64,000 bases of DNA from Macrostomum lignano (Eukaryota): contig NIVC01000714.1 in assembly GCA_002269645.1 (NCBI GenBank), forward strand, positions 310,001-374,000, in the 5' to 3' direction. Both the position numbers and the translations under genes were made by a program. Of the stretch, positions 27,749-42,300 are shown one piece after another. Position 1 is the first letter of the stretch; each line of letters starts with the position of its first letter. A model generated the notes under the pieces. That model was not told the origin of the DNA, did not search any database, and was given only the letters and a program-made list of their open reading frames with translations.

Positions 27749-28431
27749 GCGTGTAGCTAATATTCCCCCCTCATCACCGCTCTCTGCCGCCATGGCCAAC
27801 AACCCCTCCTGCACTACAAATATACACGATCTTGTACCCCGAATATCTTGTATCTCCGGTTTTGTCCTTTGTTCCACCGCTGACCGTTGTCTGAAAGCAG
27901 AAGACAACCGGTGTTTTCAACATCACAAAACATCGTGTTATATAATCCTTATAGCCCGTACAGACCGCTTTCACGTGTTTTTGGTTTGCAGCAGTAAGAA
28001 TTGAATTTTACATTTTTACACCCCTACTTCCGGTGTAACTTGATCTTTTAATGTAATTTTAGATAGGCGTCATAAAAAACAAGAGTGTAAACTCATAATA
28101 GAGTCCTCACGGGCTCTAATGATCATAAAACCGTCGACCATTCTACTACATTTTTTACATGTAGTTTAGGCTATCGATTTAACTGCCTGATTGCGCTACC
28201 CCTTCAAAGCTCGAATAATAAGTTTAGTAAGCTCTCACTTGGCGCTATGCTAACTAAAACAACACTAATCTGGATGGCCACTCAATCAATATTCGGAATA
28301 TTGTGGTTCCCCAAAGCGTGTTGAAGTGCATAGGTTGAACTGCACGGCAACCACACCAGGGGCGTCGCCATGGATTTTATGGCCGGTGGGGAGGGGGGAC
28401 AAAGCCAAAAATTCTACATGTGCATGTACAT

Positions 28432-30085
28432 GGGATAGCGACGTTTGCCTGCGGGACGTTTGCCAGCCGACGTTTGCCTGCGGGACGTTTGCCAGCCGAC
28501 ATTTGCCAGCCGACGTTTGCCAGCCGACGTTTGCCAGTGGGACGTTTGCCAGCCGAAGTTTGCCTGCCGGACGTTTGCCAGCCGACGTTTGCCTGCGGGA
28601 CGTTTGCCAGCGGACATTTGCCAGCCGACGTTTGCCAGCCGACGTTTGCCAGCGGGACGTTTGCCAGCCGAAGTTTGCCTGCCGGACGTTTGCCTGCCGG
28701 ATGTTTGCCAGCCCACGTTTGCCAGCCGACGTTTGCCTGCCGGAAGTTTGCCAGCCAAAATTTGCTAGCCAATGTAAAGCCAGTCAGTGAAAAATTTGAT
28801 ACTGAAACATTCGCAGTTTAGCGGTTTGACAAAAACTGTTTTTACTCCAACTTTTTGACGGTCATTCGCATATATACAAGTTTGAAAGCAAAATATATAA
28901 ATTATGCAGTTCATCAGTCTAACGTCTAATATCTAGTTTAACAACGATTTTGGCACAACATATCAAAAGATGAACATTGGGTTTGCCTCGTATGAAAGCA
29001 ATAACAATTGTTGTGATGAAAAGATGAAAACTTCCTATCTCCCTATGGCCTTCAAAACATTTTTCATAGATTTCGAGTGCTGCGTACTTCTACTTTAGTA
29101 GTCCTTGGCATGACTAAGCTTTGCATACGTAGTGTCTAGCGCTTGCTATTCTACTAGCTTGCTACTGGCGGCTTGTCTGGCTATTCAGCTATATAGCTTA
29201 CTATAAAAACGTACCGCATTCGACTCGTCTACACATGTACGTTGAGATCGCGGTTTCCTTGCTTACTTGAGTAGTAATACAACAGAATTGGAATCAATTT
29301 GCTTACTTTTGGATCTCCCAATGAACTGAGAAATATATGAGCCAGAATTACCGCTCAGCAGCTTTTTTTGTTTGCCTCATAACTTAATCGCTGGAGATTC
29401 CCGTTGTAATCTGCGCGTCTTCTTTCGCACATCAAAAATCAAACATCTCAAACTGGGAAAAACGATACACAATTGTCAAAAGTAAACAATATTTTCACAT
29501 TCAAAGAAAATCGTTGTTAAACTGGATATTAGATGTAAATCTATATAAATTGCATAATATATATAGATTTTGCATAAATTGCATAATTTATAGCTTTTGC
29601 TTTCAAACTTGTATATATGCGAATAACCGTCAAAAAGTTGGAGTAAAAACGGTTTTTGTCAAACCGCTAAACTGCGAATGTTTCAGTATCAAATTTTTCA
29701 CTGACTGGCTTTATATTGGCTAGCAAATTTTGGCTGGCAAACTTCCGGCAGGCAAACGTCGGCTGGCAAACGTCGGCTGGCAAACGTCCGGCAGGCAAAC
29801 GTCGGCTGGCAAATGTCGGCTGGCAAACGTCCGACTGGCAAACGTCCCGCTGGCAAATGTCGGCTGGCAAATGTCGGCTGGCAAACGTCGGCTGGCAAAC
29901 GTCTTGCAGGCAAACGTCCGGCAGGCAAACTTCGGCTGGCAAACGTCCCGCTGGCAAACGTCGGCTGGCAAACGTCGGCTGGCAAATGTCGGCTGGCAAA
30001 CGTCCCGCAGGCAAACGTCGGCTGGCAAACGTCCCGCAGGCAAACGTCGGCTGGCAAACGTCCCGCAGGCAAACGTCGTAGACCC
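28432..30085. mobile_element. Mutator/foldback-like non-autonomous transposon with >500-bp inverted arms containing 15-bp GACGTTTGCCAGCC arrays
   Basis: 28432-~28960 is inverted at ~29505-30085; GGG...CCC termini; 9-bp TSD CATGTACAT at 28423-28431 and 30086-30094. Confidence 0.85.
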
Positions 30086-30143
30086 CATGTACATGACTAA
30101 ATACCTACATGTACATAATTTTCAGAAATCGGTGTTGTCATCA

Positions 30144-30500
30144 TTCATTTTGGCGCCACAGGCACTCATTTTGGCGCCACAGGCACTCATTTTGGCCCCG
30201 CAGGCACTCATTTTGGCGCCACAGGCACTCATTTTGGCCCCGCAGGCACTCATTTTGGCCCCGCAGACACTCATTTTGGCCCCGCAGGCGCTCACTTGGG
30301 CGCCACAGGCACTCATTTTGGCGCCAAAGGCACTCATTTTGGCGCCGCAGACACTCATTTTGGCCCCGCAGGCGCTCACTTGGGCGCCACAGGCACTCAT
30401 TTTGGCGCCAAAGGCACTCATTTTGGCGCCACAGGCACTCATTTTGGCCCCGCAGGCACTCATTTTGGCGCCGCAGACACTCAGTTTGGCCCCGCAGGCG
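30144..30500. repeat. 21-bp minisatellite (CATTTTGGCGCCACAGGCACT)
   Basis: Direct inspection. Confidence 0.92.
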
Positions 30501-30589
30501 CTATGTTTTGTCACCCTTCAGCAAAATTATTGATTTCCATAACGGGTCACAAAATACGCGACCCCGCATGCACAGTCACAGTGAAAGCA

Positions 30590-30965
30590 GGGCGCGTCAG
30601 ATGGCGCGCCGCAGAGCCTGGGAGCGAACGAAATCCGCTCCGTTGGCAGTGTCGGGCGCCCCAGCGTCGCACAGCAGGCAGTCCACGTATCGACGGGTTC
30701 GGGCCTGACCCCGCCTGAACGGACCCTGCAAGGTGAGGAGCAGGACGTCCTGAACAGGTTGGGGGCAGTAGCCCTCGGCCCGGATCACGTGACCCGCCAG
30801 TTGAGGTCGCCGCCGGCGCAGAATGATGGACGGGGGCTGTAGCTTGGCCCGATCGTAGAGGGCCTCGGTCCCGACGCTCTCATCAGCTCGAAAGGCCGCA
30901 CGGAGCAGCCGTGAGTGCGCCGAGTCCAGCTGCCGCTCTAGCGTACGTAGCCTTGCAGCATTAAG
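30590..30965 (-). mobile_element. 3' fragment of a non-LTR retrotransposon ORF (post-RT region)
   Basis: LERQLDSAHSRLLRAAF...LYDRAKLQPPSIILRRRRPQLAGHVIR...RRGQARTRRYVD is typical of RTE/L2-type C-termini. Confidence 0.7.
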
Positions 30966-32911
30966 TAAGGCTATTATACCAATATTGATGGGCTGCAGAG
31001 GGCAGAAACGAATCGAGCTATAACGCCGAGGAGTGTTAGCTCGTTTCTGCCCGATCCAGCTTGTCGGAACTGAATACAAACTGTTTGAACGAATTGGGAG
31101 CAAACTTTAGTGTCTGATCTGCTTGCAGAGTGCAGTCGTCGTTTTAGCAAGCGTGGTTGTCGGAACTGAATGCACAACTCACCAAGCGCGACCATGCATA
31201 AACCGTTGGAATTGAATGATTTCAAATATTTCAACATTGACTGCACATTTAACAAATAAAAATAGTATAGCATTTTGCAAGCCATATTGATATTACGAGA
31301 AAGCAATTTAATAATCAGTGGGGAAACCCAGTCAGTCCTAAAGAGATTTCTCGGTACTTTCGGGCTTTGGAGCAACGAATTTAATAATCCGAGCGCCCAG
31401 TCATTTCCAGTGTTACTTGTATCGCATTGGCTGCAAATACATGTAGACGCACACATTCAACATGGTAGAAGAAGAGGAAGCCAGCGAGCTGAGCAGCGAG
31501 CTTTTGGAAGAAGATTGAGAATCTTTGTCACTGCAGATGAAGCGCTATAGAAGAGCAAGATCATCTAACACCGTGTCTCCTACGAAAAGATCCAGTGTGG
31601 TTGACGCTAAAAAAATGGCAAAACATCATGTTGCACTCATTTAATGGTCTTGAGTGAAGCTGCTGCCATGCACAATAAGCAATAGCCTACACAAGCTGTT
31701 AATCACTTGTACGTCGTAGTGCTTGGGAGGACATGCGGATATGCTGGTGGTTCGGAACTCCCCAGAAAACATAACGCGGCAGGCAGTGAGGCAGGAATTC
31801 ACCCTGTGGCTGACTGATTTGACTTAGGTTAGAGCCAACTGGATAATCCAGAGACCAACACAAATAGATCAGCGTGGGTTACAAGATCTGAAATCGCGCA
31901 AGTTCCGCTCCAGTTTGAGATGGGCGTCTTATTTATACACATTGGCATTTGACCCCCCGCCGCCGGTGGGGTGTCTTCGCGTGGTTAGCAACGGCGGGGG
32001 TTTTGAGAAATAAAATCTGGGACAGTCCCCTAGTTGTACATGAATTTGGTTAGGTTGGTCTCGCCTTCTTGGGCAGCTCCAGGTTGAATACGAGTCCGTG
32101 GGCGGGCCGTCTGATTCTCCTCTAGTTTTCGCCCAGTTCTGACGCATGCCAAGGGCCGATCACTCTAATTTTATAACTTCGTTTGTTGTCTTGGTCGGGC
32201 CTCTTCTCAGTTTGCTTCTCCCGGCCGGTTTGAGCGCCATTGTGCCTGCGGCGGGGTGTTGCTACTCACAGGAATGAAAGAGGCTTTATTAGATTCGGTC
32301 ATTCAAATTTGAATGAGTTGACAGTTGATTATATCTTAGCTTGCTTCTGTTTGCCCTTCTAATAGCTATAATCTGGGGGTTCCATTGTGCTTTTCTGCCT
32401 CGCCCTTCACTGCGCCTAAGCATTTTACTATTTTCTACCCATCTTCTGGCTAAGGTCAAAACTTATAGAGAAGTTCCAATTCAAGAAGTTTCAGAACGGA
32501 ACTTCTTGAATTTGATCACTCAAATTAATGATCAAAAGAATAGCAAGGATCGAAATGAGTTTATTTAATTTAGCTTAAAGCTTGCTCCTAATTATTCTAA
32601 AAAATTATTACTGTGTGACACAAAATTATACGATAATATAAAAAAAATATTTTTTATATTCATACAATAAAACAGTTCGGCGGAAATTTAAAAACATACT
32701 TTCTGAGAATTCATACGAAGCCTATTACATTCATCATTAATAAGTCAATAAATACAATTTATTTTGTTAAATTAACTAAATTACTAAAATATTTGGATAG
32801 GCTAGGCCTAGATCAATACCAATAAAAAGGTAAAATTATCTGCCTAACGATAATAATATTAAAAACCTTTTTTAGTAGTTAGCTTTGCTATTATGAATAC
32901 ATACATACATG

Positions 32912-33475
32912 TGCGGATCATGTACCCGTGTACGCCGGAAAAAATTCGGGCGTCAAGGACTTTGTACGCCAGTGTACGCCAAAAACAAAAAGTTGCACTA
33001 AAATGTACACCAAAAATTCCTAAAAAAAGGTCATTCGGTTTTCACGAGTAGAGTTTTCTAGGAAATGCTTTGGTATGAAAAGTGTCTTTAAAATATTACG
33101 AATTTTTTCAGTTTAAACAAACTTAAATAATACCTACAAAAAAAATTATGAAAAATTAATACTTACAGCAAAATTTTACACTAATTTAATTTTTTTTAAC
33201 TTAAAACAAGCAAAAAGTTTATCATTGACGATATAAATTTTCCTTTACTTTACGTAAAAACGTTAATTTACTTTACAATTTTCATGCACGGCATGAATTT
33301 ATTCACCAAAATTTGTACGCCAAAAAAGTATGCGTGGCTGTGTTACTTGTGTACGCCAATAGTGTACGCCAACAAAGTGCGCCAGGGGTTGTGTACGCCG
33401 ATTGTGTACGCCAAGGACTTAGGGTGGCCGTTTTGTACGCCGGAAAAGTTCCGGCGTACATGCATACCATCCGCA
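32912..33475. mobile_element. MITE-like element with imperfect ~26-bp TIRs and repeated GTACGCC motifs
   Basis: TGCGGAT...GTACGCCGGAA left, TTCCGGCGTAC...ATCCGCA right; no clear TSD. Confidence 0.5.
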
Positions 33476-34034
33476 ACCTGGTTAACATACTTAAATACTT
33501 GTTAATGTTGGACTTATTAATTAACAATATGCCTATAGAAATTGCTTAGTAGGTCTAGGCCTGCTATATATAAAAGTCATAAAAAAATTATATACAGCAT
33601 AGTAGTGTTTTCTTGATAGGTAGGAATATATTTTTATCCTATTATTGTTATCAATATTGAGTTGGTGTATAATAAGCAGTATATTATAGTATAGGCCTAG
33701 CATTTATTTTAAACTTTTTTAGGCCTAAACAAGCTGTTGAATCCCGCGGAATTTGAACCCAGGGAATTCCAATCCCCAGAACTATTTTTGCATGTATTCT
33801 GAAATCTGAGCCCATACTCAAACAAAAACTTGTTAAATAGTTAGTAGGATAGAGGTAAACAAAATGGAATACATTTGCGTAAAATTAGGATTTGAGGCAA
33901 ACATTGATATTGTTGGCTGGGGTGTTTTTTACTTTAAATAGGCAATTAATGTTTGTCTAACTCTAAAACATGTATTGGCAAACTCTGGCCTCTGCCTCTG
34001 ACTCTCCCTACATCCCTTGGATCCTTTGAAACTT

Positions 34035-34685
34035 CTATATTCTCTTCTGTTTCCTCTCTTCTTTCTCGTCCCTTGTCTCTCCTCTCTGCTCTCTCTCCTC
34101 TCCTCTTCTCTTTTTCCTCTCTTCTCTCTCCACTCTTCTCTCGTATCTTCCCTCATTTCTCTTCTTTTTCATCTCTTTTATCTCCCTCTTTTCTCTTCTT
34201 TTCTCTTATTTTCTCTTTCCTCTCCTCCCACTCTTCTCTTGTCTTTTCCTTCACCTCTCTTCTCTCTCATCTTTATTTGCGCTCTGATCTCTCCTTTCTC
34301 TTCTCTCCTCTTTTATCTCTTTTCATTTCTCTCTGCTTCCCCCCTCTCTCTCTGCTTCTCCCCTCTCTCTGCTTCCCCCCTCTCTCTCTCTGCTTCCCCC
34401 TCTCTCTCTGCTTCTCCCCTCTCTCTCTCTCTCTGCTTCCCCCCTCTCTCTCTCTGCTTCCCCCTCTCTCTGCTTCCCCCCTCTCTCTCTGCTTCTCCCG
34501 TCTCTCTTTGCTTCCCCCCTCTCCCTCTGCTTCCCCCCTCTCTCTTATCTCTCCTCTCCCATCTTTCTTCTCCTCTCTACTTTCTCCTCTCTACTCGCTC
34601 CTCTCTACTCTCTCTTCTCATCGTCCTCACTCCCTCATCTCTCCTATTATCTTTTCTCTTATTCCCTCTCTCACTTCTCCTCTAT
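34035..34685. repeat. CT-rich low-complexity tract
   Basis: Direct inspection. Confidence 0.9.
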
Positions 34686-36386
34686 TTTTGAATAGTCTAT
34701 TCCTTTTTCTCCCCAATCTCAACTGCCCCTCAGCCATAAGCTGGATTCTTTTCTGGACTTTGAGGTAAAAGTCTGCCTATTCCTGCTTGGAAAGCCAGTT
34801 TGTGGGATGTAGTACTCTCATGGCTGTTCTCATGCTTTGATCATGTCATCTTTCTTGCCAATTTGCAAGCCCTGAAAAGAATTTGTGTATCTTCAGCTCC
34901 ACTGCAGTCTGCATCAGTCTAACAGCCAAGGAAATACGCATTTCTTAGGAGGCCATTTAAATTTCAAAGTACTTTTAAGAGAAACCTTAAATTTCCATGG
35001 TGTGACTAATTTAGTAGGGTTGTATTGCATTGCATCACCTTTTCATAAATCTTTTGCTTTTACAAACCATGCTGGATTACCTTGATTTGCTATCTACTGT
35101 TAAACTGCTGCAGAGTTTGCCTATACAGAGGACAGTGGTTAGAATTTCTCACTAAACTATTATGGATTGCTAAACGTAGCCTCTCCATGGGGGTGCAGAG
35201 AAGGCCATAAACAAAGCTATTCCAAAACACTGTACATTGCCATGTACATTTAGCCCTATTGCCTGACCCTTGGTCTGGCTCTGGGGGAATGAGTGAGTGA
35301 GTGGCACAAACAACAGAAAAAGCAGACAAATTTCACATGCTTATAGTTTCTTCTTCAGTTGAGTTACAGAGTTGAAACTTTACATTTAGATAGAGAATGA
35401 GTCAATGAAAAATTGTGTCAAGTTTAAAGTCAATCGCTTTACGTGGAGCAAACTTATGGCAACTGAAAGTTAGTCAATTTTGAAACCCATTTTACACATC
35501 TGGGCCCAGATCGGGATTGGGAAAGAGAGGCAGGTGGGTAGAGGTTGGGGTGGTTGCTACGCTAAAAAAACAGTCTGACTTTAAAAGTGCACAGCACTGC
35601 TCAGGATTAACTTTGAGACTCAAAATTTAATATGATTGTGCCAAAATAGTTTAAGATTGTCTGTGTCAAATTTGAAGAGAATCGGTAGAAGTGGAGCAAC
35701 ACTATGGAGGATTTAGTGAAAAAATCGCGCATTTTAAGCAGTTTTTTGTACTTTTAGGTAGGAAGACTTGAGTCTAGGAAATTTAAAGGTAGCCTAAGAC
35801 ATTCTCCGTAGTAAGTTTAGGGTGGTGTAACGTTTGGTGTCATTTGGTTGAGTGGTTTGGGAGTCCATAGCGAAGTAATTTGTACACACATAGACAGAGT
35901 TTTGACTTTTATAGGTAGAGATATTTTAAGCTCTCCTAAGCATAAACCTAAAGTCTTAGAATAAGGCTAAGTATAACTATAAGAAGTTGGAGAATAAGTC
36001 TAAGTATATTTCTAGATATTCTTTTGTATTGATTTCATTCTTATTTATTTTATATATTAGGACCTAAGCAATTCATTCTTTTACTAGACTAGGCTTAGGT
36101 CGCTTAGCCTATAATTCTTACATATTTCTTCTGTAATAGGGGTAGTCTTAACTTCTATATCTGAATCCCACTAGTAACTTAATAAGCCACTAAGCTATAG
36201 GCCTATTAGTAGTCTATCCTATCCTATGAAATTCTATTAATGTAATGCCACCAAGCTATTATAGTGCTATTTGTTTAATGTTTTTCTTTTAAAATCCGAC
36301 TAAACTACTGCCAAAGTTAGGGATAACTCTTCTTTGTTCTATTTATTTATTTTGCCTTATTTATTGCTATTAATAGATTTCTTTTA

Positions 36387-37692
36387 CGAGGGGTGCGCAA
36401 AAAGTCTTGGCAACTGGGTTCCCAATTGCAGATGAATTGTTAGTAAATCTTAAAACTTAATTAAAGTCCTTCAATGTAATCTCCGCCACGTTCTATGCAT
36501 TTCTGGTGACGGCAGATCCATGCCTCGAAGGCAGCGCGGTACTCTGAAGCTGGCATGGTGTTCAGCTCTGAATTGATGCGGCAAGCCAGGTCTTGGGGCC
36601 GCTGAAAATGGCATCCAGCCATGCATTCGGTCAGCTTCAGGAAGGCCCAGAAGTCGCAGGGTGCCAAGTTAGGACTGTATAGAGGGTGCGGTAACACCTT
36701 GAGCTTGTTATTGGCCAAAAAGCTTGTTGTCATAGCCGCAGTGTGGCTGGAGGCGTTGTCGTGGTGCAAGTGAATTCTGCCACTTTGGAGGCGGGTTGGC
36801 TGCTTTTCCATGACTAAAGCCACGACTTTAGGCAAAACCTCACCAGTATAGAATGTGGCATTGACATTCTGTCCATTTGGCACCATAACAACTGTCTCTG
36901 GCCCATTGATGCTGAAAAAGACAACGAACATCTGCTTCCGTGAGCGAAACCCAGGGCGCAGAACAGTTGGACGGTCTTCATCAGAACCAATCCAAACCTT
37001 GTTTTGGTTCTTGTGAGGCACTTGGAAGTAGTAAAACCACTTCTCATCACCAGTCACGATATCAGTAAGTCGTTTAGTGCCACTTTCACCGAAGCATTGC
37101 AGAAATTCTTGGCTGCATCGAACCCTCTCCTGCTTCTGCTCTGCTGTGAGTGCATGAGGTACCCAACGGGCCGTGACCTTGCAGAGGCCAAGATGGTCAT
37201 GCAGGATGGTTCGGACACTGCCATCAGAAATGCCGATTGTCTGGCTAAGTAGTGCAATGGTGATATTGCGATCTTCATCCACCAGCTGTCGCACAGCTAC
37301 AATGTTCTGCTTGGTCACGGATGTCATTGGCCTCCCAGAACGAGGGCTGTCGGTCATGGAGCGTTGACCAGCACTGACCAATTCAATCCAACGGGCGACA
37401 GTGCGGTACGAAGGGGCCTGATCTGCTACAACTTGGACTAGCTCGGCATGAATTTTGGTTGCGTTTTCACCAAGCTGCGATCACATGAAAACATAAAATC
37501 TCCACTGATCAGCAGTGATATTTTCCATTTGAAGGCTGAAAACGAGACTGTATGTTAATCAAAATGCTCTAGGAAGCAAAAAAATCAGTGCAATGAGCTG
37601 AAAATTTATGAACAAACGCAAAATATACTCATATTTATGAGATTAAAGAATGGTTACATTTAAGCGTTTATTTAAAAAGTTATGAGCCAGTT
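36387..37692 (-). mobile_element. mariner (DD34D) DNA transposon; transposase 37528-36461 with an in-frame TGA at codon 16; one TIR truncated
   Basis: TA+CGAGGGGTGCGCAAAAAGT TIR; motifs RSGRP, WVPHAL, GDEKW, HHDNA-34aa-YSPNLAPCDF; ATG 37528, TGA 37483-37481. Confidence 0.92.
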
Positions 37693-38996
37693 GTTGTTTA
37701 AGTAGTTACTAAAAAGTCCTTTATTCATCATTCTTTAAAAAAGCTGCTTTAAAAATGTAACTTAGAGCTACGAGCGTAGTACTAAAAGTTCCAGAAGTGC
37801 CAGAGCTTTGCCCAACACTGCAATAAACTATTAATTCTCCAGTTTAGATGTAGTCCTAAAGGCATATTAGAAGGCTGTGGCTTTAGTGCTATATATAGGC
37901 CCTTATATCTCAAATTTAGACTTAATTTCTCCTGAACTTCCCTCTCAATATTCTCTTAATAATTAGTATAAGTATATGCTCATATATAGTGTGTTTTCTA
38001 ATCTTTCTATTTCATTTTGGAAGATATGAAGATGAATAGTCTTCAATACAGTTTTATATATTTACTAGAAACACACTAGGCTTAGCTTATCTATTCCTTA
38101 ATCTTTAAATTGAGCTGCATTGAGCAAGCAAACAGTTGCTCCAGTTTTAGAAAAATTTTTATCTATCTATTAATATGAAATCCTGCAGAGTTTAACAAAG
38201 TATTTAGTATAGGCCTAAATTGAAATTCTGCAGAAATGATTAATGACATATAAAATGGAGACCTATAATTCTATGTAATTTTATTTTTGGCAAATATACA
38301 TGCGCAACAGTCGGCCGAGTCGGCCGATTCGGCCGACCGATTTGGCGGCCAACCAAGGAAGTCGCAAAAATGCCAACCCGAAAAAAGAACAAAGTAGTAG
38401 TACTAAGTAGCTGACGAGGCATTTTGGCTTAATAGGACAGTCAGTTACTCCTGCCGTTTACCCAAAGTTGCGTTAGTTTTGCTTTAGTGTCTTTTTTACA
38501 TGTAAGTCGCATTTTTTGGCCAAAAACTACGTCGCATTTTTGTTGAAACTAAGTCGCATGGACGACCAAATTTCGGAGGTTGCGCATGCATGAATGGCAA
38601 ATATATTTAACATTCTTAACTACTGGCTGAATTGGCAAAGTTTAGCTAATATAAATTATATTAGGCCAATGGTAAGTCTTAAAAATGGATAGTTTTATTA
38701 TTTTTTGGCAAAATTTAATGGCAACATGAAATATTCTTTGACTTTGTTTTTGGGTACTAAGTTATTATGGCCAGTGTGGTTTTAGGGGTTGTACTGGTAT
38801 TTGTATGCATCATTCATTGAGTTCAATATTCTAAAGCATTGATTAATATCCCAAGACAAAATTTAAACATGCTTTTGCAAATCTCAGGATCTGCCTGTCT
38901 CAAGACAATTGTAACTTAATTTCATGCAAAATTCCAGAGCTCTCCCAAATATTGCTATAGACGTAGTTCAATTGCAACATTGCTGTATCATATTGC

Positions 38997-39180
38997 ATGG
39001 ATCAGGATCACGAGCTTCCACTGCCAGCATATGCACGCGAGTCATTGGGACTGTCTCATCTGACCTCTGACCAGCGCATTGCAGCAGTTCGGTCCTTTGT
39101 TCGAGCCCGAGTACTGCGGAATGATTCCAAAGCTGAGATTGCTCATCGGGATGTGCTGTTCACCGGCCGACCATCGCCAG
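38997..39180 (+). CDS. POP4: RNase P/MRP protein subunit p29, exon 1
   Basis: ATG 38997, donor CCAG|GTTTGT phase 1, compatible with exon 2; weaker homology than the later exons. Confidence 0.6.
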
Positions 39181-39303
39181 GTTTGTCTCAAAGCGTTTCT
39201 TAAATTCTTGATAGTATTCAGTTTTGAAATAATTTTAATATTTGCTAAACGCACACATTTGCCTTGATTTTAAAAAATACCACTAAAAATCTCTCTTCCA
39301 CTG

Positions 39304-42300
39304 CATTGAGAATTGCCCCTAATCTATATTGAGAATCGCCCCTAATCTATATTGAGAATCGCCCCTAATCTACATTGAGAATCGCCCCTAATCTACATTG
39401 AGAATCGCCCCTAATCTATATTGAGAATCGCCCCTAATCTACATTGAGAATCGCCCCTAATCTACATTGAGAATCGCCCCTAATCTATATTGAGAATCGC
39501 CCCTAATCTATATTGAGAATCGCCCCTAATCTACATTGAGAATCGCCCCTAATCTATATTGAGAATCGCCCCTAATCTACATTGAGAATTGCCCCTAATC
39601 TACATTGAGAATCGCCCCTAATCTATATTGAGAATCGCCCCTAATCTACATTGAGAATCGCCCCTAATCTACATTGAGAATCGCCCCTAATCTATATTGA
39701 GAATCGCCCCTAATCTACATTGAGAATCGCCCCTAATCTACATTGAGAATTGCCCCTAATCTACATTGAGAATCGCCCCTAATCTATATTGAGAATCGCC
39801 CCTAATCTACATTGAGAATCGCCCCTAATCTACATTGAGAATCGCCCCTAATCTATATTGAGAATCGCCCCTAATCTGCATTGAGAATCGCCCCTAATCT
39901 GCATTGAGAATCGCCCCTAATCTGCATTGAGAATCGCCCCTACTCTATATTGAGAATCGCCCCTAATCTATATTGAGAATCGCCCCTAATCTATATTGAG
40001 AATCGCCCCTAATCTACATTGAGAATCGCCCCTAATCTACATTGAGAATCGCCCCTAATCTATATTGAGAATCGCCCCTAATCTACATTGAGAATCGCCC
40101 CTAATCTATATTGAGAATCGCCCCTAATCTATATTGAGAATCGCCCCTAATCTACATTGAGAATCGCCCCTAATCTACATTGAGAATCGCCCCTAATCTA
40201 TATTGAGAATCGCCCCTAATCTACATTGAGAATCGCCCCTAATCTATATTGAGAATCGCCCCTAATCTACATTGAGAATCGCCCCTAATCTATATTGAGA
40301 ATCGCCCCTAATCTACATTGAGAATCGCCCCTAATCTATATTGAGAATCGCCCCTAATCTACCGTATATTGAGAATCGCCCCTAATCTACCGTATATTGA
40401 GAATCGCCCCTAATCTACATTGAGAATCGCCCCTAATCTACCGTATATTGAGAATCGCCCCTAATCTACCGTATATTGAGAATCGCCCCTAATCTACATT
40501 GAGAATCGCCCCTAATCTATATTGAGAATCGCCCCTAATCTACCGTATATTGAGAATCGCCCCTAATCTACCGTATATTGAGAATCGCCCCTAATCTACA
40601 TTGAGAATCGCCCCTAATCTATATTGAGAATCGCCCCTAATCTACCGTATATTGAGAATCGCCCCTAATCTACATTGAGAATCGCCCCTAATCTATATTG
40701 AGAATCGCCCCTACTCTATATTGAGAATCGCCCCTAATCTATATTGAGAATCGCCCCTAATCTACATTGAGAATCGCCCCTAATCTATATTGAGAATCGC
40801 CCCTAATCTATATTGAGAATCGCCCCTAATCTACATTGAGAATCGCCCCTAATCTATATTGAGAATCGCTCCTAATCTACATTGAGAATCGCCCCTAATC
40901 TACATTGAGAATCGCCCCTAATCTACATTGAGAATCGCCCCTACTCTATATTGAGAATCGCCCCTAATCTATATTGAGAATCGCCCCTAATCTACCGTAT
41001 ATTGAGAATCGCCCCTAATCTACCGTATATTGAGAATCGCCCCTAATCTACATTGAGAATCGCCCCTAATCTATATTGAGAATCGCCCCTAATCTACCGT
41101 ATATTGAGAATCGCCCCTAATCTACCGTATATTGAGAATCGCCCCTAATCTACATTGAGAATCGCCCCTAATCTATATTGAGAATCGCCCCTAATCTACC
41201 GTATATTGAGAATCGCCCCTAATCTACCGTATATTGAGAATCGCCCCTAATCTACATTGAGAATCGCCCCTAATCTATATTGAGAATCGCCCCTAATCTA
41301 TATTGAGAATCGCCCCTAATCTACCGTATATTGAGAATCGCCCCTAATCTACCGTATATTGAGAATCGCCCCTAATCTACATTGAGAATCGCCCCTAATC
41401 TATATTGAGAATCGCCCCTAATCTACCGTATATTGAGAATCGCCCCTAATCTACCGTATATTGAGAATCGCCCCTAATCTACCGTATATTAAGAATCGCC
41501 CCTAATCTACATTGAGAATCGCCCCTAATCTATATTGAGAATCGCCCCTAATCTATATTGAGAATCGCCCCTAATCTATATTGAGAATCGCCCCTAATCT
41601 ATATTGAGAATCGCCCCTAATCTATATTGAGAATCGCCCCTAATCTATATTGAGAATCGCCCACGCTAATCTATATTGAGAATCGCCCCTAATCTACCGT
41701 ATATTGAGAATCGCCCCTAATCTACATTGAGAATCGCTCCTAATCTATATTGAGAATCGCCCCTAATCTACATTGAGAATCGCCCCTAATCTACATTGAG
41801 AATTGCCCCTAATCTATATTGAGAATCGCCCCTAATCTGCATTGAGAGTCGCCCCTAATCTATATTGAGAATCGCCCCTAATCTACATTGAGAATCGCCC
41901 CTAATCTACATTGAGAATCGCCCCTAATCTATATTGAGAATCGCCCCTAATCTATATTGAGAATCGCCCCTAATCTACATTGAGAATTGCCCCTAATCTA
42001 CATTGAGAATCGCCCCTAATCTACATTGAGAATCGCCCCTAATCTATATTGAGAATCGCCCCTAATCTATATTGAGAATCGCCCCTAATCTACATTGAGA
42101 ATCGCCCCTAATCTATATTGAGAATCGCCCCTAATCTACATTGAGAATCGCCCCTAATCTATATTGAGAATCGCCCCTAATCTACATTGAGAATCACCCC
42201 TAATCTACATTGAGAATTGCCCCTAATCTGCATTGAGAATCGCCCCTAATCTATATTGAGAATCGCCCCTAATCTATATTGAGAATCGCCCCTAATCTAT

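Noticed and set aside
34740-35330. Decayed coding-like sequence on the minus strand
   Set aside because: Multiple stops and no family motif identified without a search.
35700-35923. Helitron-like 5' end (A|TCTCTACCTATAAAAG on the minus strand)
   Set aside because: No matching 3' hairpin/CTRR end could be located.
38299-38588. Small MITE with CATGCGCAAC/GTTGCGCATG ends
   Set aside because: Only a 10-bp inverted match, no clear TSD, single copy in the window.
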